This document shows positions 10,801 through 19,627 of a DNA stretch of 57,204 nucleotides, one piece after another. Every line of letters starts with the position of its first letter. The stretch's first letter is position 1. Made by a program: the position numbers and the translations under genes. Source of the DNA: an uncultured Clostridia bacterium (GTDB lineage: Bacteria > Bacillota > Clostridia > TANB77 > CAG-508); contig CANRLO010000003.1 of the NCBI GenBank assembly GCA_947631495.1, positions 1 to 57,204 on the forward strand. The letters are read 5' to 3'. Under the pieces are notes generated by a model that saw nothing but the letters and a program-made list of their open reading frames with translations, had not been told where the DNA came from and searched no databases.

Positions 10801-12696
10801 TAATATTAAGTTTCCAAATTCATCAATAACTGCATCTCTTGTTTTCTTATATTGTCCATCTGCACCTAAAGTAAGTCCTAATAATTCATTTTTACTAAAA
10901 GTTTCCCTATTTACTCCATTTACAACATAGTTTGCTGGTGATGAACCAATATGTTCAAATTTTGTATTATATGCTCTTCTTTCTGATGCAACATCAGTTG
11001 CATTTGAATTTGTAGACCATTGAGGGCTTCCCCATGTACTAGAAGATGCATAAGTTGTTGGTTCATAATATTGTCCATTATAAGTAAATGTTACATAGTA
11101 TCTATCCATAGCATTTAAGTTATCAAATCTATATTGTCCGTTTTTATCTGTTGTTTGAGTTCCCATATGAGTGCCATCTTGTTTATATAGGTCTACTATT
11201 ACATGTGGTACTCTTTTTTCATTATTATCTAATAGTCCATTTGCTAAACTTTCTTTTCCACCATTAGAATCTTCCCAAACGTAACCACCTAATGACATTC
11301 TTAAATCTATTGAATTTGGGGTTGTTATTGAATCTTCTGACCATGTTCTGCCAATTGTTTTAACTTGTATTAAAATTTGAGATTCATAATTTCCAATCTT
11401 AAATGGTTTAGCATAACCATTTACTTCTGTATATGTACATTCTACCCATTTACCTGCACTATTTTTTATATTATGTTTCATATCATCTCTTTGAGTATAA
11501 TATGCTACATATGTCCAAATTTCTCCACTACCAGTATATTTATCATATTGTGCAGTAGTTTCAGATAGATAAGCAAATTTTACTTGAATTTGAACAGAAG
11601 TAGGATTTCCTAAAGCATCTGCATTAAATTGTAAGAAAAATAACTCTCCTGAATTTGGATATTTGCCACTACTCGTAATAACTGTTGGTTTAACACTTTT
11701 GTTACCATTTAATACATATATTGTTTGAACATAATAGAATCTAGTATCTGATGGATAATTTAATTTGTATGGTCCTATCGTATATGTTCTATTCGTTTGA
11801 TTTACTATTACTTGAGGTTGTATATTTGTATCAAAAGATGCTTTTCCTTTATTTAATAATCCATTGTCAACATATGTTTGGTAGGTTTTTGCTTCGTTTA
11901 ATAATGCAATTGAATCAGCTGTTTTTTTAGTATAATCATTTCCTTGATTCAAGCCAGGGTTATCTGTCCATATTGCATCTTGAATTAATTGTGCATTTGC
12001 ACTATCACTTTTTGTTCCAGGATAATTTCCCTGTTCAAATCCATAATCAGTTGGTTTGGCACCATTCCAAGAACCTGCACTTAGTAAATAAGATACATAG
12101 TCATTTTTATATGATTTATTACTTTCTGCCAGCGTATATTGTTGTTCTTTTGTAAAATCATTACCATAACCAACATAAGTTGCACCAGAAACGGCATTGC
12201 TTAGTAGCTCTTTTATTTTATCTTCACTTGATTTATTAGTCCAAGTTTTACCATTATCGTTTCCATTATACTGATAAAATGCACTTGTTTTGTCTTTTAC
12301 TGCACCTGCTACAGTATGTGTAGATGGTTTAAGACTATTATATAAAAATTGACCCACACCATCTTTCGTCGTTGTAATTTCAGTTTGATTTCCAGGATAA
12401 TAATGTTCGCAGTTTGCATTAAAGTGAACTTCACATCCATTTATTGTTGTTGTTTCAATTTTATCTGGTGTAAATCGTAGTGGCCAACCTCTTGTAATAC
12501 AGAAGGTACCACCTGCAGCAGACGTTTTACTGTAAAAATTCGGATCTCCTTCTTTTTGTGGTACTAATTCTTGTATTCCTGTGTACATATCAGTATGAGC
12601 TTCATTAATTGCTTTAAATGCAAATGATTGTTGTGCTATTGTAAAAAATAAAGTAAATACTATTAAGCTAATTATTAGTTTTATTTTTCTATTCAT
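7867..12696 (-). CDS. Large cell-surface protein with SdrD/Cna B-like domains and a C-terminal anchor
   Basis: Signal peptide; two GxVWED...G..D..EK...V.V.L...G.Y.F repeats; ends ILPPFG, TM helix, KKKVLKQ. Confidence 0.85.
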   Translation of the reverse strand: MNRKIKLIISLIVFTLFFTIAQQSFAFKAINEAHTDMYTGIQELVPQKEGDPNFYSKTSAAGGTFCITRGWPLRFTPDKIETTTINGCEVHFNANCEHYYPGNQTEITTTKDGVGQFLYNSLKPSTHTVAGAVKDKTSAFYQYNGNDNGKTWTNKSSEDKIKELLSNAVSGATYVGYGNDFTKEQQYTLAESNKSYKNDYVSYLLSAGSWNGAKPTDYGFEQGNYPGTKSDSANAQLIQDAIWTDNPGLNQGNDYTKKTADSIALLNEAKTYQTYVDNGLLNKGKASFDTNIQPQVIVNQTNRTYTIGPYKLNYPSDTRFYYVQTIYVLNGNKSVKPTVITSSGKYPNSGELFFLQFNADALGNPTSVQIQVKFAYLSETTAQYDKYTGSGEIWTYVAYYTQRDDMKHNIKNSAGKWVECTYTEVNGYAKPFKIGNYESQILIQVKTIGRTWSEDSITTPNSIDLRMSLGGYVWEDSNGGKESLANGLLDNNEKRVPHVIVDLYKQDGTHMGTQTTDKNGQYRFDNLNAMDRYYVTFTYNGQYYEPTTYASSSTWGSPQWSTNSNATDVASERRAYNTKFEHIGSSPANYVVNGVNRETFSKNELLGLTLGADGQYKKTRDAVIDEFGNLILQNSSNALTQKMIQFVKDCQITASTGNGTGAHDLYPVNPEFVINNAILASKSPELGPYYPLYFNSNNISCINLGLHPRQEADLAIKKDIEKVSLEINGQKQEYTYNTLENKPGADGTWDISVRLSDSYYNTNYSREIYKSDYLYKVTNYGTNFADYGKTKNDELEVYVTYKIMVLNQSLSIQMRVNELVDYYDSDYEYIDSRSYIQIGRNGSKSSVRTQNNSRYGSTTEINLNGYNKMYIEGLDGTYLNGGQIAYVYLTFRVKKDVRDNEAWLKLDEDFQNGNAIGVGKENIVEINGYYTRYASGTRIPNAGDVGNTPAGIIDVDSKPGNLEPNDVPKDKTINYQNFEDDTDKAPNLRLKLYREDSANRVISGVVWEDERTKTIGATTTGDGIKQDNEKRINGVTVQLVEIMDNGREFVWRTFENGSGTASSTKPIIDYNGLVQNYNFGENHDGAYAFKSFIPGKYIVRFIYGDTEKTVLTKDANDVNKTLGRTGLNEKSYNGQDYKSTTYQAGITQNKNYTWRNNSTWNLGQETLGGVLKEIPTFKADASNNETGTYLYDTTESDKKSNVSDAKDIKSIRDKVVNYSKGDITNRQAEVLASFRDLPTYAGKAYTKAQMESLIKELIDNTKMTAETGVMVMEIEYNREQTGGQEVNNKTTYALNNLDLGLEERPKAQIAIDKKVTRVKLTLADGTILFDTTGPTTNVLWKEHKPYSNNQTLMDPAVFGTLANIRKQNAERVGLVQISMDEELMHGATIQISYAIRAGNIGEVDYQENSFYYTGQVKDVNTVVKTKAIQVVDYVANNLQFNANDNANLDWSLTNKDALISSGLINKGLESAVENYNTILITDKLNEYLVPTVYKDKVNKNAKDTTDSISLVLTQVITPENTTDDLSYRNIVEIVKTNNTAGRRNEFSVVGNQDPTKEPQEIDTDRAEVVKILPPFGNAGIYMIIAFVVIVAAGIIVGGIIFIKKKVLKQ

Positions 12697-12710
12697 ACTT
12701 TACCTCCTTC

Positions 12711-15700
12711 CTATCTTAATACCTTCTTTTTAATAAAGTAAGCTCCGACGCCTATAATTGTTATTATTGATATGCTTAATCCTATAAATAGGATTGCTTC
12801 ACCTGTTTTTACTGAAACTAATACATCTGCTGAAGAAATATCATCTTCATTTGATGTTTGATTTCCTGGTGTTGAATCTACATCTTTTAAGCCTAAATCA
12901 TTGTATGCTTCATAAATTTCTGCTGTATTTGAATAAATATTTAAGTTATCTTCTGTCATCTTTTTACTTAATAGTAAGGTTACTTCTTTGCTTTCACCTG
13001 GATTTATTAAAGTATTTGCTAAACTTGAATTGTAAATTGCTCCATTTTCGTTAGAATACCAATCTTTGTTTAATTCTGAACTGAATTTCATTTCAGATGG
13101 TAGATAATCTACAATTTTCTTTACATATCCTGAAATTGCACCTTGGTTTGTAACTCTAATTTTATATTCTACTAAAATGGTGGTTTCATTAATTCTTTTT
13201 GCTACTAAGTCTCTTTTAGCAAGTTTTGTATCTTCATAATTGTAAATTGTTGTTCCAGTAGAATCTTGCACTGTTATTTTTGAAACCATTTTATCTAATT
13301 TTAAGTCAAATTTAGGGTTTTCTACTAATCCTAAGTCTATGTTGTATATATTTTTATCGTTAATTGTTATTTGTTCTGTTATAGCTGATATTCTTTTTTC
13401 ATTATCTAATGTAATTTCTGTATCTATAGCATCTGAATTTTTAGTTTCATCAATTCCATCTGCATGATAAGTAGTTGCACTGAAGTTTGCTATATCATAT
13501 AAGAAAATAACTGTATAATTTCCTTGTTTTAGTCCAGAAAATTCATAACTTCCATCTACATTAGTTACTTGTTTTATTCTATTACCTTGCGCATCTGTTA
13601 CTAATTCTCCTGTTGTATTATTAAATAATAGAACTTCTACATTAGCTACTGTTTCTTCTTCTATGTCTTTTACACCATCATTATTTTCATCTTTCCATAC
13701 TTGTCCTGCAATTCTTCTTGTTGTTTCTACAGGATTGTCTGGATTTCCTGGGTTTTCTGGTTGAGCATAAACTGCTTTTTCAATGGTATGTGTTATTTTA
13801 TTTGAAGTTAATGTTCCTATACTACTAGAAGAAATTGTTGCTTCACTTGTTATAGTTTTAGCTTCTTCAAGCTCTTTTGCATAAACTTCAATAGTAATTT
13901 TTGCGGTTTGTCCTTTTAGTAAATTAAAGTTTACTTCTATTTCATTTTCATCTGTAATGTTATAATAACTATTTGTAAATTCTCCTATTTCTACATTCGT
14001 TTGTACATATTGTAATTGTTCTGGTATTTTTGTTTTGAAAACTAAGGAATTTGCTTCATTTCCTCCTGTATTTTTAACTTCAAATTTGTAGCTATAATCT
14101 TCTCCTGCTGATATTTTAGCATTATTTGCAATAGTAGATGTTTGAGAAATAGCTATTTTTTCTTTACCTATCATCATTGTTATTTTATTAGAAGTTTCTT
14201 CTTGTATATCATCAGCTTTAATTTTAATACTAGCTTCTATTTGTTTTTCATAAACATCTTGTGGAAGTTGCTCTACTGTTGTGTTTATTTCGATTGTGTC
14301 ACCATTTATTTTCTCTAGATGAATTATTAGAGTTCTTGTTTTTGCGTTATATTCAATTCCATCTCGATTATATATTACTTTATCTTCTTCTAAAATATAA
14401 GTTCTAATTGCAGCATCTTGATAGCTTAATCCTTCTGGTATTACCATCGTAATAACTGGATTTTGCACTGTTCTGTCATAATCATATAATTTAACATTAT
14501 AATTAAATGTTAATGTTTCTCCTTCTTTTAAAATATAGCTAGAACCTTCTTTATTTGTATAGTATTCTATTTTAAAATATGCTTTGGTTACTGTATTTTT
14601 TACTTCTTTTGTTTGAATTTGTTTTTCTAAGTCTTTTGCATTAATTACTACCTTTATTCCTATTTGGGTTGTATAATCATTGTCTGTATGAGGATAATCG
14701 CCTGAATTATGATATCGATTTCCTTCATGTTCTATATAGTGGTCTTCATTTTTACAAATATCTTCTACTGTTAAATTATTTACAACTACCCAAAAACTTT
14801 GTGTTTTGGTTTGACCTACTTCTATATTTCCTAATTCATAATAAAGTGATTTTTGAGTACTATCTTCTGTATAGTAGCCTATTCCTTCTTCGCCTTCTGC
14901 AAATTCAATATGAGAAATACAATTTGGTAAATCTATAGTTGCTGTTACATCTTCTGCTACTTGTTTTCCAATGTTTTTTACACTTACTGTGTATTTAATA
15001 AATTTACCAGTTGGAACTTCTATTGTTTCTGCTACGTTAGAAGAAATACTTGTTTCTAATACTGGTCCTGCTAGTGTAGCAACTCCTGTTTTAGTTGCTA
15101 TTACTTTATCGTCAATTGCTCCTGTTTCTAAGTTATTTTTAAAGTATACAGCATATGTTTCATAAGCAGCTTCATTATGTTGTAAATTAGCTGGTATTTC
15201 TGCTGTATAACTAAAGTTTATTGCTCCTGATTCCTCTAATGTTGTATTTTCTATTACTATTAAATAAGATTTTACTTCTTCTAAGTTCTCTGGTTCAGAA
15301 ACCCAAGCATTTGAAGCTACACCTAATTCTTTTGTTGCATTAGCATTAGTAGAATAATAAATTTTTACTTTGCTTTCTTCTATATCACTTACTTCAATTT
15401 TGCTTGTTAATTTCATATTAATAGTAGAACCTAAATCTGCTCCAGTATCAATATCTTTGTTTCCTTTAAAAGGTACTCTTCCTAAAATAGAAATATTTTC
15501 TATTGTATTTTTGTAATTGTTTATAACGTTCATAGAAAATTTTGCAGTTCTTGCTTCTGCAATTGTTTCAATAGTTGCTGTTTTTTCTTCTCCACTAATA
15601 GAAGTTAATGCTTCTGCTCCTTCTGCATAATCAGAAATTGTAGTAACAGTTACTACTCCTGTTGGTGCTACGAAGTTTATTGGTGCAGATACTTCGTTGG

Positions 15701-17768
15701 TTTTTGCAATGCTTCTAGTTACAGCACTGTTAGCATATTGCATTATAACTTGAGCTTGTTTATTTGGTGTTAATCTTTTAACAGTAATATCAGTTGTAAT
15801 AACTACATTTACTCCTTTTGATACTGCTGCTAATGTATATTCTGATTGTACCCCTTCTAATTCTACTAAAATTGTTTTTGTTCCATTTGCATTTTGTACT
15901 ACTTCATATGATTTTACTGTTAATTTAGAATTTTCTCCAGTAAATAGTACTTCTATATCTTTTATTTTGATTTCTTCTACGTAGTTTGGAAGTGTAATTC
16001 TTAGGGTAGGATTTTGATATAACATACAATCTAATGTATCTGTTTTTAAAATTGCTGTTATTTTTACATTTTGATTTGTAACTACAGTAGATAGATTGTT
16101 ATTATCTATAGTTAATTCTGCTTGTAATGTTGGTTCTATTAAAGTAATTTCTTTGTTAATTGTTTGTTGTGCAAAGTTTGTTTCTTCATTTACTGCAGTT
16201 CCTACTATGTTTAATTCTAATTTATTCATACTTTGCATTTGTGTTTGTGAATATTGTGTTTCTGCTTTCATTGCTTTTGTAATAGTGAAGTTTATTGTTC
16301 CTTCTACTTGTGGTTTACTTGTTTCTATTTTTAAGGTATTTACGTTATATTCTGTTAAATCAACACTTAGCTTTCCTTGTTGTTCTTCTGTTTGTGCATC
16401 TATTTGAGCTATTTTTTTACCGTTTGCAAAAAAAGCGATACTTCCTTCTTGTCCTAATATTTTTTCAAAGTTCTCTTTTTCTATGCTGATTGTTTTATAA
16501 TATGTTTTTGTTGCTTCTGCTTTTTTATTTGTGTTTTCAATAAAATTATCAATTGATTGTTCTAATATAATTTTATCTGTTAGTTGTGCAAGTCCAATAT
16601 TTGCTGATATTGTTTCTTCATATTCTGTTTCTACTTTATTGCTTGCTTGATAATTTGCATAAATTTGTCCTTTGCTTAATTCTGATGTATTTGTCATTTG
16701 GAAATCAATTAAGCTACCAATTTGGTCTTTTAATGTAATTTCTCCTTCAAATGTTTTTGTAATTTTCTCTTCGCCTTCATTATAAATAGTTAGTGTATTA
16801 ACAGCATTAATAGAAACTTTACTGCCTTCTTCTGGAAGGTTATCTAAAGCTTCTTCTGGGTATAAGTATGTAATAACAAATTCATCTTGTGCTTGTTTTT
16901 TCCATGAAATTTCGTTTTTCGCATTTGGTTCATTTTTTGTAGTAATAACTAATTTATTTGCTTCTAAATCATATGTATAATTATCTTGTGTAAAGTGAAT
17001 TCCACTTTCATCTCCATCTGTTGCGTTTGTATTTTTTGCTACTACTTTTACTTGCTCTGGTTTATAGTTATTAATACTTGGAATTTCAATTTCAATGCTG
17101 TTTTCTTTTACTGGTAAAATATTGTCTTTTAATGAAGATTGTACTATGGTTTGTAGAAGTAAACCTTTGTTATCATTGATGTTGTATGGAATAAATTTAG
17201 CAACTTTCATATTGAATTGTGCTTCTTTTTCAGTTGCCCATTCTAATTCTAATGAAATTTCTTTTTCTATTTGTTTTTCTTTTCCTTTACCATCTACATA
17301 GGTTGCTGTAAATTTAACTTTATTTTCTTTGTTCCATTGTTCTACTGAAATACTTTCATTTGGTACTATTTCAATAGGAAGTGCTACTTCCATGATATTG
17401 CCATGTTTGATTTGACGAAAGAATATTTTATTTTCTTCTATCTTTTCAATTTGTGCGTTATTTTCTGTAGCTTTTACAATAAAGTTAGCATTTTCTAATG
17501 TAATTACTGCATTTTTTAGATAACCTGCTTCTTTTACCTTAATAGCAGAATATAAGTAGTTTTCTTTTCCTATTGTTTTGGTAGAAGTATATCCTTTTTT
17601 GTTGCTATCCATAAAATAAGCATCAAACTCTACATTTTTATTGTTTGTTGGTTGTAGTGTTTGATTCTCCAAATTACTTGCAAATGCTTCTCCTAACATG
17701 CTTACATTTGTCATCATTAGCATAAATACTAAGATACTTGCTACAATTTTTTTGCCTTTTTTATACAT
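12711..17768 (-). CDS. Large cell-surface protein with DUF11-like and SdrD B-like domains and a C-terminal anchor
   Basis: Signal peptide; YTVSVKNIG, YKFEVKNTG and YKIRVTNQG repeats; IAGQVWKDENNDG; ends VKTG, TM helix, KKKVLR. Confidence 0.85.
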   Translation of the reverse strand: MYKKGKKIVASILVFMLMMTNVSMLGEAFASNLENQTLQPTNNKNVEFDAYFMDSNKKGYTSTKTIGKENYLYSAIKVKEAGYLKNAVITLENANFIVKATENNAQIEKIEENKIFFRQIKHGNIMEVALPIEIVPNESISVEQWNKENKVKFTATYVDGKGKEKQIEKEISLELEWATEKEAQFNMKVAKFIPYNINDNKGLLLQTIVQSSLKDNILPVKENSIEIEIPSINNYKPEQVKVVAKNTNATDGDESGIHFTQDNYTYDLEANKLVITTKNEPNAKNEISWKKQAQDEFVITYLYPEEALDNLPEEGSKVSINAVNTLTIYNEGEEKITKTFEGEITLKDQIGSLIDFQMTNTSELSKGQIYANYQASNKVETEYEETISANIGLAQLTDKIILEQSIDNFIENTNKKAEATKTYYKTISIEKENFEKILGQEGSIAFFANGKKIAQIDAQTEEQQGKLSVDLTEYNVNTLKIETSKPQVEGTINFTITKAMKAETQYSQTQMQSMNKLELNIVGTAVNEETNFAQQTINKEITLIEPTLQAELTIDNNNLSTVVTNQNVKITAILKTDTLDCMLYQNPTLRITLPNYVEEIKIKDIEVLFTGENSKLTVKSYEVVQNANGTKTILVELEGVQSEYTLAAVSKGVNVVITTDITVKRLTPNKQAQVIMQYANSAVTRSIAKTNEVSAPINFVAPTGVVTVTTISDYAEGAEALTSISGEEKTATIETIAEARTAKFSMNVINNYKNTIENISILGRVPFKGNKDIDTGADLGSTINMKLTSKIEVSDIEESKVKIYYSTNANATKELGVASNAWVSEPENLEEVKSYLIVIENTTLEESGAINFSYTAEIPANLQHNEAAYETYAVYFKNNLETGAIDDKVIATKTGVATLAGPVLETSISSNVAETIEVPTGKFIKYTVSVKNIGKQVAEDVTATIDLPNCISHIEFAEGEEGIGYYTEDSTQKSLYYELGNIEVGQTKTQSFWVVVNNLTVEDICKNEDHYIEHEGNRYHNSGDYPHTDNDYTTQIGIKVVINAKDLEKQIQTKEVKNTVTKAYFKIEYYTNKEGSSYILKEGETLTFNYNVKLYDYDRTVQNPVITMVIPEGLSYQDAAIRTYILEEDKVIYNRDGIEYNAKTRTLIIHLEKINGDTIEINTTVEQLPQDVYEKQIEASIKIKADDIQEETSNKITMMIGKEKIAISQTSTIANNAKISAGEDYSYKFEVKNTGGNEANSLVFKTKIPEQLQYVQTNVEIGEFTNSYYNITDENEIEVNFNLLKGQTAKITIEVYAKELEEAKTITSEATISSSSIGTLTSNKITHTIEKAVYAQPENPGNPDNPVETTRRIAGQVWKDENNDGVKDIEEETVANVEVLLFNNTTGELVTDAQGNRIKQVTNVDGSYEFSGLKQGNYTVIFLYDIANFSATTYHADGIDETKNSDAIDTEITLDNEKRISAITEQITINDKNIYNIDLGLVENPKFDLKLDKMVSKITVQDSTGTTIYNYEDTKLAKRDLVAKRINETTILVEYKIRVTNQGAISGYVKKIVDYLPSEMKFSSELNKDWYSNENGAIYNSSLANTLINPGESKEVTLLLSKKMTEDNLNIYSNTAEIYEAYNDLGLKDVDSTPGNQTSNEDDISSADVLVSVKTGEAILFIGLSISIITIIGVGAYFIKKKVLR

Positions 17769-17900
17769 AGAAATTTCCTCCTATTTTCTTTTCTATATAA
17801 ATTTTACTTTTCTAAAGTAAAAATAATTATTGACTATCTTTTATTATACCTTATTTTTTAGCATTTTTCAATACTTTTTTGTAGTTTTTAAAACTTTTTA

Positions 17901-17935
17901 TGTTGAATTGTCGTATTTTTTATTTTTATGTCGAA
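17901..17935 (+). promoter_or_regulatory. Putative Spo0A (0A) boxes
   Basis: Perfect TGTCGAA at 17929-17935, with one-mismatch TGTTGAA (17901) and TGTCGTA (17909), in a divergent intergenic region. Confidence 0.5.
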
Positions 17936-18173
17936 TTATTGCTTCTTTTGTCTATTTTAGACATAATACCCCTTAATTATTTATTTTTATATATTGTCTT
18001 ATATTTTTTTTTATTTTTCAAGTGGCAAAAGGCTTGTTTAACAAGTTATAATTGTTTTTCCTTTACGGAAGCTCTCTTTGTCCTTTTTATATTAAATTTT
18101 TATTACAATATTACAATATTTGTAACACTATAGTGTTTTATTGCATATGATACTATTAAGAGGTGATTATATA

Positions 18174-18503
18174 ATGAAGAATGAGAAAAATGAGAACATT
18201 GAATTCCCTGATTTTGAGCAATTTACGTCTTCTTTTGACTCGAATGACACTACTTTTTCTAATTCTGATACAAATAATCCTTTTTCTAATATTGATATGA
18301 ATACTATTTTAAAAATAAAACAAATTATGGAAAAAATGAAGCAAAAAAAGGACGACCCCAGAGCAAATTTACTTTTGTCTTTGAAGCCTTATTTAAAACC
18401 TAGTAGAAAGCAAAAGGTAGATAAATATATTGAACTCTTTCAAATGGGTAATATGATGGAGAATTTAGGTCCTATGTTTATGGGTGGTGAGAATACAAAA
18501 TGA
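18174..18503 (+). CDS. Conserved clostridial hypothetical protein, probably sporulation/coat related
   Basis: RBS GAGGTGA; DPRANLLLSLKPYL..RK.KVD motif. Confidence 0.75.
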   Translation: MKNEKNENIEFPDFEQFTSSFDSNDTTFSNSDTNNPFSNIDMNTILKIKQIMEKMKQKKDDPRANLLLSLKPYLKPSRKQKVDKYIELFQMGNMMENLGPMFMGGENTK

Positions 18504-18880
18504 TAAATCCTTACCCTTTTTTTGGCTTTTCTCCATTTCGAAGACCTTATCCTTATCATTATTATAACTCTTTACATAATATTAATATAGAAAAGCAAAA
18601 TTATGTCTCTAGCCCCAGTAGCCCTAGCGTTTTCTCTAAACATCAAAGTAAAAATTTGCAGAATTCTAATGCACATCAACATGAAAATTTGCAAAATTCT
18701 AATGCTTCTACTGCTAACATTCCAGATTCTGAGTATAAACAAGATGAATGCTTTGAATTTTTTGGCTTAAAACTTCATTTTGATGATTTGCTTTTGATTG
18801 CTTTGCTTTTCTTTCTTTATCAAGAAGATGTGAAAGATTCCTATTTATATGTTGCACTTATTTTATTGCTTTTAAGTTAA
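18500..18880 (+). CDS. Hypothetical protein with a C-terminal DDLLLIALLFFL motif
   Basis: Overlaps the upstream stop (ATGA); hydrophobic C-terminus; internal NLQNSNA duplication. Confidence 0.75.
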   Translation: MINPYPFFGFSPFRRPYPYHYYNSLHNINIEKQNYVSSPSSPSVFSKHQSKNLQNSNAHQHENLQNSNASTANIPDSEYKQDECFEFFGLKLHFDDLLLIALLFFLYQEDVKDSYLYVALILLLLS

Positions 18881-18890
18881 AAAACAAAAA

Positions 18891-18943
18891 GCGAGCCATA
18901 GATTTCATTACAATTTTCATTTGCTAGAAATTCTATGACTCGC
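18891..18943. repeat. Palindromic repeat family A, inverted copy between convergent genes
   Basis: The reverse complement GCGAGTCATAGAATTTCTAGCAAATG...GAAATCTATGGCTCGC matches 7785-7837. Confidence 0.8.
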
Positions 18944-18949
18944 TATATT

Positions 18950-19564
18950 TTATTCTAATACTATTTCATTTTTTTCATTAATATATGCATAACTTAATTT
19001 TGTTTCTTCTGTTTCTTGTTTTTCAAATTCTTTAATTATATCTGCAATACGTATTTGTGGACATTCAATACCATTAGTAGCAATCATGGCTTTACGATTT
19101 CCTTTTGCTCCTGCATGTGCTAAACCTCTTAGTTCACCTAGTATAACAATGTTTTCACCTGCTACAATTTCAGCACCAGCATTAACATCTCCAAGTACTA
19201 CTACACTTCCTTCATATTCTATTTTTTGCCCTGAACGTAAAGCACCTTTGTAAAAGGTTGTTTCGGAAGATTTGATTTCTTGCTCAAATCCTTTTTTTAT
19301 ACCATGAAGTCCTAATGTTGTTGGACTTTCAAATTCAATTTCTACGTCGATTTGTTCTTTTATAATACTTTGTATTTCTTCTATTTCTTTATTTTTCAAT
19401 ATTTTTCCTACTATTTTAATAGGGGTAGTGTCTCCTTTGTATAGCTTTTTTAAGTCTACTAATTTTTCTTTCAAACATTCTGTAATTTCGTTTTCTTCTG
19501 CTTTTTCATCTATTTTAATCCATATTTCGTTTTTCTTTAGTTGAATAGTTATACAATTTTTCAT
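18950..19564 (-). CDS. minC: Septum site-determining protein MinC
   Basis: LRSGQKI...VVVLGDVNAGAEIVA.NI..LG.LRGLAHAG motif. Confidence 0.92.
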   Translation of the reverse strand: MKNCITIQLKKNEIWIKIDEKAEENEITECLKEKLVDLKKLYKGDTTPIKIVGKILKNKEIEEIQSIIKEQIDVEIEFESPTTLGLHGIKKGFEQEIKSSETTFYKGALRSGQKIEYEGSVVVLGDVNAGAEIVAGENIVILGELRGLAHAGAKGNRKAMIATNGIECPQIRIADIIKEFEKQETEETKLSYAYINEKNEIVLE

Positions 19565-19627
19565 TTTTGATTCATTCCTTCCTAGAACTATTTTACACTA
19601 TATTTTATTTTTTTGCTATATTTTTAT

